Shown here piece after piece: positions 27,157-64,000 of a stretch of 64,000 bases of DNA (positions are counted from its first letter, which is position 1; every line of letters starts with the position of its first letter). A program made the position numbers and the translations under genes. The stretch comes from Octopus bimaculoides. Its lineage: Eukaryota. The stretch is from contig NC_068990.1 of the NCBI RefSeq assembly GCF_001194135.2, forward strand, positions 58,897,458 through 58,961,457, read 5' to 3'. A model generated the notes under the pieces. The model had not been told where the DNA came from. It saw nothing but the letters and a program-made list of their open reading frames with translations, and did not search any database.

Positions 27157-27676
27157 TTTGCATTAAAAAGACAAATGGGGCTGGAGAGAAGATGCCTGAC
27201 TAAGGAAGTATATGAAAACAGATGGAAGATTGTGGAAGAAAGTTGCGTATGGAAGGTTCCTCGTGAATGCGAGATAGGTCACAACCCGGAGCAATGGAAA
27301 GGCGGGGTTCGTGAGGTCCGAACTGAAAACTCGTCCCCACGCCATCTGTAAAATTTTAGTAATTTTTCAGATTAACACCTGCACGATTTTCACTAGGGTG
27401 TTAAGGTTTTAGGGTTAGGATTAAGGTTAGAGTTAGGGTTATGGTTTAGTGTTAGGATTAGGGTTAGTGTTAGTGTGAGGGGTTAGGATTAGGTAATCGT
27501 GTGGATGTTAATCTGAAAAATTACCAAAATTTTTACGTCCTGTATGTTTTTGTTTCATTCGTTCTATACATAATTGTAAATTTTTAAAATCATATATATG
27601 TTTTTCATTCGTTCACTGACCCCATATCAGTCGTGTTGTCCCCTCTGTGTTGGCCCCTTGTGGATAATAAAGAAAT
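27157..27676 (+). mobile_element. 3' end of an L1/Tx1-like LINE (ORF2 C-terminal remnant, 3' UTR, tail), interrupted at 27348-27536
   Basis: LKRQMGLERRCLTKEVYENRWKIV resembles L1/Tx1 ORF2 ends from memory; ends gtcccctctgtgttggccccttgtggataataaagaaat. Confidence 0.45.
27348..27536. repeat. About 41-bp inverted repeats enclosing a degenerate (TTAGGG)n array
   Basis: Arms 27348-27388 and 27495-27536; exact TTAGGG at 27409, 27433, 27458, plus TTAGGA/TTAGTG/TTAAGG variants. Confidence 0.88.
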
Positions 27677-29249
27677 GGTTGTTGTTGTTGTTGGCACTCC
27701 GTCGCTTACGACGTCGAGGGTTCCAGTTGATCCGATCAACGGAATAGCCTGCTTGTGAAATTAACGTGCAAGTGGCTGAGCACTCCACAGACACGTGTAC
27801 CCTTAACTTGGTTCTCGGGGATATTCAGCGTGACACAGTGTGTCAAGGCTGACCCTTTGAATTACAGGCACAGCAGAAACTGGAAGAAAGAGTGAGAGAA
27901 AGTTGTGGTGAAAGAGTACAGCAAGGTTCGCCACCATCCCCTGCCGGAGCCTCAGGTGTTTTCGTTCAATAAACACTCACAACGCTCGGTCTGGGAATNN
28001 NNNNNNNNNNNNNNNNNNNNNNNNNNNNNNNNNNNNNNNNNNNNNNNNNNNNNNNNNNNNNNNNNNNNNNNNNNNNNNNNNNNNNNNNNNNNNNNNNNNN
28101 NNNNNNNNNNNNNNNNNNNNNNNNNNNNNNNNNNNNNNNNNNNNNNNNNNNNNNNNNNNNNNNNNNNNNNNNNNNNNNNNNNNNNNNNNNNNNNNNNNNN
28201 NNNNNNNNNNNNNNNNNNNNNNNNNNNNNNNNNNNNNNNNNNNNNNNNNNNNNNNNNNNNNNNNNNNNNNNNNNNNNNNNGAATTTATGTCGTCTCCTTA
28301 TACCGACACGAAGACGTTTAAAAAAATATGGATTAAAAATCAAGCACCACAAGTGGGTGAGTGAAAGACAAAATTAGAATTTGGAAAGAAAGTATGCATA
28401 AAATGACAATTTCAGTTGTATAACATCTGGAAGAGAATATTTTTTTAACAAGAAAAGTATAAGACCAAAAATCTCGTTTTCTCTCTCTCTCTCTCTCTCG
28501 TTCTTTCTTTTTATAGCAAAATTTGTCGCGGCAGCAGTACATCCTAAGAAAATCCTTATTGAGAGATGAAAAAAAAAAATGGTTTGTAAAATTAAATTAT
28601 ATATTTTTTTTTTTTTGTTGCTGTCACAGTTTTTGAAATTTTGATATTAAATGGAAATTTTAAAACTTGGTGTATTGATATAATTATTCACGCCAAATTT
28701 GATTTTGTTATTCACTCGTTTCAGAAAGAATTTACAGAAACCCACCCAGAAAACGGAGTTTGGAAGCTGGCATTTTCTCCGTGACACATGCCTATCACAA
28801 AATCAACGACGACGAAAGTTGTAAGGAGTTTTGAACTTTCAATAAATTTTAATGAATAAAGTCGTGTGAAACGGAGGAACAGACATGTAAACAATTTAAA
28901 ATGGAAAAATCTGAAATCAATTTTTTTCTTTTCGAAAAAATACAAGACCATCACTTACAAAAAAAAACTACGTCATAAAAAATTGTATTTACTCAATTGT
29001 TTAAAATACTATACAACAAACCAATCCAAAATATTTTATTTAAAACTAACATGCATTTGAACATTATTAAAGAATTATTTTTACAAAAGCTAAATGACAT
29101 AATAGTAAATAGTAATGAAAACCTAAAACAATTATTTCAAGTTTCATTGAAAACAATGGATTTTTTTCTTTTTTGTAGAGAAAATTCAAGAATGAAAGTT
29201 TGAGATACTCAGAAAAGTCTGTTAAACAAATTACAATTATCATATCGCC

Positions 29250-29825
29250 TGCGTTACGAACTCGTAGAGATGCGAGTCTACCGTACAGTGATGGGTCCCA
29301 CAACGTTTATTCCCTCGTTTTACACCGACCCATGTGTTTTTTTTGTTGTTTTTTCACAACTTGTTGCATGTGGTACCATCTCTCGAATGATTAAACTCGA
29401 CGCTGTGGTTCACTATTCTATATTGAAAATTATAACCAGTTTCTGGAATGTGAAAGTAGGCCCGCCACATGTTACTAAAAATTGTGGTTTCTGGAAGAAC
29501 CGACTGACGTATGCATTCCTCTTGTGTGTCGCGATTCCGACATGGCACCACACAAAGAAAATCATGTCTAGTCCCGCGACACCCTCCTCTTCAAACAAAC
29601 TGCTCAGGTAGCAAGCACCCTTCCTCAGTTGTATTTGCGTCTTGAGAAGACTGTTTCGTCTATCTGAATTGGGTTGCGGAGCAGGTCGTCGTGCATTTTA
29701 CGAACACAGCTGTTGTAATCAACAGCTGTGCAGTGGCTCATCCCCAGTTCTTCAACACAAATCCGAACTTAAGTCAATTCCTTGGCCCATGAGGGAAGGA
29801 AAAGCAGTACAGTCCTAAGAGTGCA
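29250..29825 (-). mobile_element. Merlin (IS1595/ISXO2-like DDE) DNA transposon, transposase relic
   Basis: Minus-strand pieces: SWAKELT*VRICVEELGMSHCTAVDYN, QIDETVFSRRKYN*GR, VLPETTIFSNMWRAY, IVNHSVEF, WVGVKRGNKRCGTHHCTVDSHLYEF. The motif order is that of Merlin transposases; stops and frameshifts are present. Confidence 0.82.
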
Positions 29826-30099
29826 ACCTTACAACCGTTGCATCTTTTTCGGAAGCCGGCTAAAATTACTCAAAACTTAAACTTTAAAAGTTAACTTTTT
29901 ATTTGGCAAAAAATTAGTTTCATTTCCACAATTAGCATACAAAACATCAATATACTAAATTTTAAAATAATTGGAACAAAATTTTAAAAAATAGAAAACA
30001 GTAAAGATCCTTTAAATTTTTTGAACTGTCACACTTAGTGTTAATATAGTCTTGCCTTTTTTCAATATAGATTTTAATTTAAAGGAAAATAGCTTTTAT

Positions 30100-30789
30100 A
30101 GCATGGAAGTAGTACGGCGGCTGCTATCCAGGCCGCATCAATTTCCGGTGATCTGCCTTCTACCCTAACCCTGGAAGCACGTCTCCCAAGGTATGTGGAT
30201 AGAAGCACCACTTCTTCATTTTTCAACGGTGCTGCCGAAGGTAGCCTAGTAGTAGCCGCCTCTCGGAAACGCACCTCTATTGTTCCATATTCTGTTCCTC
30301 TGGCAAAATATGTAATTTCTTGCCAGATTGGTCTTAATGCTCTTCAATTTGCGTGGTTGCCATAATTCCTATTTTTCCCTGCTTCTGTTGAATATGTTCT
30401 ATAGATTATTGTTCTTTCCTTTGTTTTATTTATTATCTCTTGAGGAGGGGACACCTTTACATCGTATCCCTCTCTACTGAGAAAATCCTTGTAACACTTC
30501 AACAAGTCAATTTCGTTATTCTGGCTCCTTGTAACATCTGCAAAGTTCCTCTTCTTCATTTGCTCGTCTATTTATAAATTGATCTTAACAACTCCACCTC
30601 AGAAGACGTCAGTTCCGAGGAGGTGAGGTCCTCGTATTGCATCATACTTGATTAACCCTCCTCTTCGAAGAGGGAAAGCGTCAACAGTCTGCCGCAAGGC
30701 AGCAAAACAAATTAACAAAGTGTTCAAAGAAAACGAAACAAGTAATAAACAGCAAAGTATAACTCACGATAGACAGACATAAAAAAAAC
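30100..30789 (-). mobile_element. 5' UTR plus N-terminal half of an L1/Tx1-like ORF1
   Basis: ORFs 30344-30559 and 30074-30274 are in one frame separated by a single stop: KKRNFADV...RPIWQEITYFARGTEYGTIEVRF...TYLGRRASRVRVEG..PEIDAAWIAAAVLL (RRM-like); T-rich leader. Confidence 0.6.
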
Positions 30790-30806
30790 TCGAACCTCAA
30801 CTAGAA

Positions 30807-31833
30807 CTTTCTTTATTTGGCACTTAGGCCATAACACAGAGGGGGACACAAGGACAGACAAAGTAATACAGTACGTGGGGTACAAAGAATGAATGGAATG
30901 AATTACTTACAATGAGGTGATGAAATGGCTTACGAGTCCCCCAAAACTCGCAGTTTCATTAAACAGTTCTCTCATACAGTTAATAATCAGGTTTCTTCTT
31001 TAGCAATTGTAAGTGGCCACAGCACCTCTACCGTTACTACACTTGGCAGGGTGTCGTAGCCCACGTATAATCCACTTATTTGAAACTTGTCCGGGTGTAT
31101 CTGCTGCAGTCTCTGCATCACATGTTCTTCCACCAATATCGCTTTCTTTTTTTCTTCAAACGTTTCAGGGTCCAGTTTAACCCTTACTAAACCTTTTATT
31201 TTTGCAATCGTCTTTTCCAATTCTAAATCCTTGTCGTAAATAATCACGGTTTTAATATTTTTAAAATCAACTCTTCCAATTACCTTTCCTTGCTCTTGTC
31301 TGCTTGTCTATTATCTTGTTCGACCATTTCCTCCGCTTTTCCTTTCTTTTCACTTTTTCGTGCTCTGTATCTTGGCTTCGGTTCTCAGCTTCGTCTTTTT
31401 CGGTTTCCATTTCCTTCGCTGTCTTTTTTTTTTTTTTTTTGAGGGTTCTTTGGCGGCGATTCTGTCCGCATACGTTTTCTATCTGTTTCTTGAGAAATTT
31501 TCTCGCACTCCACAGTTTTCGCCTGTTTTTTTCTCCACCTCCTCTTGTACGCCTTCCACCATCTCCTCTTCACAGACCTCTATTTCTTTCACTTGTACTT
31601 CTCTGCGGGGACACACCGCCTGCATGTTTCCCCTACTTTTACACTTATAATAGATTGGAGGTCTCCCCTCCACTACAACTCTTAGTCGTGCTCCGTCGGG
31701 GAGCTCCACCTCCTCTGCTATATTGTGCAGATCTGGTAGGGTTATTTGTACGAGTGCATCTATACCAAATCCCCACCAGTTGATCTCTCTCGATTTCTCT
31801 ATTTTCAAAACTTCCACTTCGTCCTTGCAATTA
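30807..31833 (-). mobile_element. 5'-truncated retroposon carrying only an L1/Tx1-like ORF1 C-terminal half plus 3' tail, flanked by a 17-bp TSD
   Basis: TSD tcgaacctcaactagaa at 30790-30806 and 31834-31850; VVVEGRPPIYYKCKSRGNMQAVCP (decayed CX2CX4HX4C, 31611-31652); stop at 30987-30989; 180-nt 3' UTR with AATAAA at 30812-30817; no RT. Confidence 0.75.
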
Positions 31834-34149
31834 TCGAACCTCAACTAGAATAATCGTTGTCGTAACCGACCTGTCAATTTGACTATCCACCACATACATA
31901 AAGTTAGCAGAGTTCAAGTGACTAAGACATAAATCGGCTAAGGGAAGAACATCTGTTGAATTTCACTCTTGTCAACTTAATGTCTCTTTATGGGAAAAGT
32001 CTGTTGTACATTTAAGTGAAATTTGGCGATTGAGGATCGAATCCACGCTATGCCTGCATGAAGCCACTACATACACAAGAACTGATTTTCTAAAATAGTT
32101 TTTTTTAATACATTTAGAGACTGTCATTTGCTTAGCTTAAATAGTTTTTTTTAAGGTAGTGAACATTTTGTTAAAAAGAAACGTCTGAAAGTCAAAAATG
32201 CAGTAATCTCTCTCTCTCTCTCTCTCCCTCTCTCTGTTTTTATATATATATATATAATCTCCATAAAATGAGACATGAAATTTTAAAAAATTGTATTTCG
32301 TCAGTATATATGTGTACGCGTTCACCGNNNNNNNNNNNNNNNNNNNNNNNNNNNNNNNNNNNNNNNNNNNNNNNNNNNNNNNNNNNNNNNNNNNNNNNNN
32401 NNNNNNNNNNNNNNNNNNNNNNNNNNNNNNNNNNNNNNNNNNNNNNNNNNNNNNNNNNNNNNNNNNNNNNNNNNNNNNNNNNNNNNNNNNNNNNNNNNNN
32501 NNNNNNNNNNNNNNNNNNNNNNNNNNNNNNNNNNNNNNNNNNNNNNNNNNNNNNNNNNNNNNNNNNNNNNNNNNNNNNNNNNNNNNNNNNNNNNNNNNNN
32601 NNNNNNNNNNNNNNNNNNNNNNNNNNNNNNNNNNNNNNNNNNNNNNNNNNNNNNNNNNNNNNNNNNNNNNNNNNNNNNNNNNNNNNNNNNNNNNNNNNNN
32701 NNNNNNNNNNNNNNNNNNNNNNNNNNNNNNNNNNNNNNNNNNNNNNNNNNNNNNNNNNNNNNNNNNNNNNNNNNNNNNNNNNNNNNNNNNNNNNNNNNNN
32801 NNNNNNNNNNNNNNNNNNNNNNNNNNNNNNNNNNNNNNNNNNNNNNNNNNNNNNNNNNNNNNNNNNNNNNNNNNNNNNNNNNNNNNNNNNNNNNNNNNNN
32901 NNNNNNNNNNNNNNNNNNNNNNNNNNNNNNNNNNNNNNNNNNNNNNNNNNNNNNNNNNNNNNNNNNNNNNNNNNNNNNNNNNNNNNNNNNNNNNNNNNNN
33001 NNNNNNNNNNNNNNNNNNNNNNNNNNNNNNNNNNNNNNNNNNNNNNNNNNNNNNNNNNNNNNNNNNNNNNNNNNNNNNNNNNNNNNNNNNNNNNNNNNNN
33101 NNNNNNNNNNNNNNNNNNNNNNNNNNNNNNNNNNNNNNNNNNNNNNCTGATGACCATTTGGAAAACGTTGGTCCAGCACGTGGTCTGGTGTAAAATTTCC
33201 GAGCGGCAACCAACATCATATAATCCTTAATTCGTGTCCGTTTCGACATAAATCCCAGCAGCATGTCTTCTGGCTCTTTACGTTCTGAGTTCAAAATCCC
33301 GCAAAATCGACTTTGCCTTCCAGTCTTTTGAAATCGATAAAATTAGTACCAGCTTCCCGCTCCCCTCACGATTTGAAACAATTATTATCATTACGACCTT
33401 CGATTAAGGCGAATCTTGGAAAAAAAAAAAAAAAAGGCGGAATTCTGATTTTAGCACCCCTCCCCCATAACTTAATTTTGGGGAATTTTCAGAAAATTTT
33501 TGCGAATTTGTTCTGCACACGGGAATCTATACATTTATGCAAGAATAAGATTGTTTTGTATACGTGATTTAAGGGCGATTTATCTCTTATTTTTAGCACA
33601 TTTCAAGGGCCCCCTGATACCTTCCTTGTTTCATCCTCACGTGTATCGATGTTTTTTCAATATTTTCCTCGATAAAGTAAACTATTAGTCTTGTCTTGCA
33701 GTTCATATAACGACTGAGCCCCTCCCCTCAACATTGTTAGCTTTATGCCTATAATCAGAAATAGGTGGCGAGCTAGCAGAATCGTTAGCTTGCCGGGTAA
33801 AATGCTAAGTGGCAATTCGGCTGTCATTACGTTTAGAGTTCGTAATGGCATCGAGGTCGATTTTTCCTTTTATCCTTTCGAGGTCGATAAGATAAGTATT
33901 AGTCGAACACTAGGCTAATGTAATTGACTTACCCTTTCCCCCGAAATTGCTGGCCTTGTATCAAAAATTAAAACCAATATTACATGCAGAAGTCAGCTAA
34001 CGAAGGAATCTCAACCTGTCGGAAATGGCAGTCAAATCTCCTTTATAACACGCCCTACCCTTTTACAAGAGTAACTAACTTGGAATTGGGTTAGAGTTCA
34101 TTTTAATCTGTTAGAACTGGAAAAGGAATCGAATAAAATTGTTATATCT

Positions 34150-34510
34150 TTAACTTGAGTCATTGGACTGCGGCCATGCTGGAGTACTGTCTTCAAGTGG
34201 TTTTGCCAAACAAATCGACCCTATTATTTCTAAAGTCCGGTATTCATACTATCGATCTATTTTGTCGAACTGCTACGTTACGAGAACGTAACAAACCAAC
34301 AACAATTGTGATGCAGTGAGGGTGACACACAGAAACACACAAACATATACGACGGGCTTCCACGCAGTTTCCGTCAAATTCACTCACAAAGGATTCGTAG
34401 GTCCGGAGCTATAGCAAAATACATTTGCCCAAGATGCCGTGCAGTGGGGGTGCAAAGAAAATTCTATATGTCAGTTTAAGAACAACTCAGCTACACATAA
34501 GACCACCTCT
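34150..34510 (-). mobile_element. Old SINE family A copy ending about 90 bp upstream of the GALNS ATG
   Basis: Diverged reverse-complement match (cccactgcacggcatcttgggcaaatg). Confidence 0.75.
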
Positions 34511-34566
34511 CACTTCCATAATCATCCCTCAGCTTTGTCACCCAGCTGTCTCAATAGATATCAAAA

Positions 34567-34573
34567 TCACGTG
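34567..34573. promoter_or_regulatory. TCACGTG E-box (CLEAR/MiT-TFE-like half match) about 30 nt upstream of the GALNS ATG
   Basis: Sequence aaTCACGTGgt is seen directly; any function is inferred from GALNS being a lysosomal gene. Confidence 0.35.
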
Positions 34574-34601
34574 GTTACATTATTTCCTGGTTATTTTCGT
34601 A

Positions 34602-62395
<27,794 letters not shown>

Positions 62396-64000
62396 GTGAG
62401 TTGTTTTTAACTATTTAGCTTAAGCATAATGTAGTTGAAAGAGATGCAAAGATATTTTTTTCTGACAGACTAAATTATAAAGGACTAACGGTTATTTCTT
62501 GACTTTTGAAATTTATATCTCATTCTTAATATTTTATTGTGTGTCTGAGTAAAGACAGTAAGTTTTTTTCTTGCAGCTAATTTAACTGGAGGGTCAGTAG
62601 TGGCATAGCTAGAGTGTGCGTCACCTGGGATTGCCTTTAAGTCTGTCACCTTCCTCCTAAACCTCTAGCCCCAAAGTCTATACAGGCTTTTTCAGCTGAC
62701 CCAAAAGTGTTGTCCCCATAAAAGTGTTGCTAGGGGTGGACTGTCCTACTGGCTGTGCTACTGACATGGAATAAACTCACCATGCTGCTCTTTAGTTTTG
62801 GTTGACAAGCTATCTAGGAAATGGAAAATGCTAATAAGAAAAAGCAATACAGGTTATTTAATGAATAATTAAACAGTTTGTCATAGAAATATAGAATGAT
62901 GGGTTGAATCCTGGCAAAGGTGGAGCAAGTTCCTAACTCTTCGTCTTGTTCTAAAGGTCAGTTTAATATCAGTGACTCCAAATAGGGACCATATCAGATA
63001 GTAAGCTAAGAACAGCTACTATCCCCTTATTTCAACAGAAATAAGGTAACATAATGGTTAAATGATGTTTGTATTGGTATTTTAACAATAAATCACAAGG
63101 CAGGCATGTTTACTGAATGGTGATATATATTTTAAGATTATCATTAAGAATTTGCTGGCTCAGCTTCAGCTTGAAGAATATGCTATGCATCACATGAGAC
63201 ACTTCATTGAAGAATGAGAAATTTTAGAAATTTCCAGCAAGCCCCATTCCTAAGTATGGAAATATAAACATTTTACATAATTTATTGAGTAAAATTTCTT
63301 TCTCATTACCAGTCAAGCTTTGATTTAAAAAAAAATTTCTCCAGCTCTGTTCCTTCTGGAAAGTTGACTTGTGATAGTTCAGCATACTACCCATGAGGAA
63401 GATTTATCTCCCAACCACTTAAAAGTGTGAGAAATGGGGACAAGCATCTGCCTTGGATCTTGAGATTGAGACAAGGATTAAAATGCAAGATTTAACCCTT
63501 ATGATACCAACCCACCTGAGCCTGGCCCTGGTTCTATGATACAAACTTCCTGCTTAAAGTGATATAATTTAATAACTTCCATAAAAATTTATTTTTAATT
63601 TATATCCTAAACCCCAACTATGCCATCCAACTCCAGCTATGTCATTCAGAGATGTTTGACCAGCATAAAATTCAAGCAAGATGTGCACCTAAAACTTTTC
63701 CCATATAGTTGAAGTAACAAAATTAAAGCTATAAACACAGGCTGTGGGTTCCCTAAGAAACAATCCGTTCTACTAATTGTATATGACACAGCACTCAAGA
63801 GGTAGGTAGATCTGAGTCCCTTTGGTTTATAGAAGTGTAGTCAAGTTCTTTAATATATTAAGTGATGTTGTTGTTATTTTTGTTGTTTTGCCCATGATTG
63901 AGTAGATCTATGATCAGGGATGTTCAAGCCATGACCATTTGGGGTTTTTTTAATCGCCCTTGCAAATTTCCTGTTTTAGAATTTCATTTTAAGTTATTTT

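Noticed and set aside
28000-34600. A divergently transcribed partner gene (TRAPPC2L lies head-to-head with human GALNS)
   Set aside because: No recognisable exons on the minus strand; the region is transposon-derived, although the 32328-33146 gap is unseen
62400-64000. GALNS exon 13
   Set aside because: No acceptor-bounded frame resembling the expected continuation was found; presumably beyond the window

Overview
AT-rich, repeat-dense eukaryotic genomic DNA with many N gaps that mostly abut microsatellites. The SINE, RTE and microsatellite landscape looks like an octopus (coleoid cephalopod) genome; this is inferred, not proven. The only supportable protein-coding gene is a + strand GALNS (N-acetylgalactosamine-6-sulfatase) orthologue. 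Coding exons 1-12 lie between 34602 and 62395 and splice into one open frame of 443 codons with canonical GT-AG introns; the last exons lie beyond the window. The rest is transposon-derived. It includes three tRNA-headed SINE families, RTE fragments, and an R4/NeSL-type restriction-like-endonuclease retrotransposon inserted in a (CATA)n tract. There are also Merlin, Tc1 and mariner relics, MITEs, and an apparently ORF1-only retroposon with a 17-bp TSD. The most notable unexplained structures are (i) minimal type I hammerhead-ribozyme motifs in a Penelope-like repeat family, three sharing an A6U core change; (ii) the ORF1-only element, its permuted neighbour, and a 3' tail shared with a SINE and an L1/Tx1-like fragment; (iii) several long foldbacks, one with 113/114 identical arms; and (iv) a CLEAR-like E-box just upstream of the GALNS ATG. 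All alignments were done by eye and no database searches were run.
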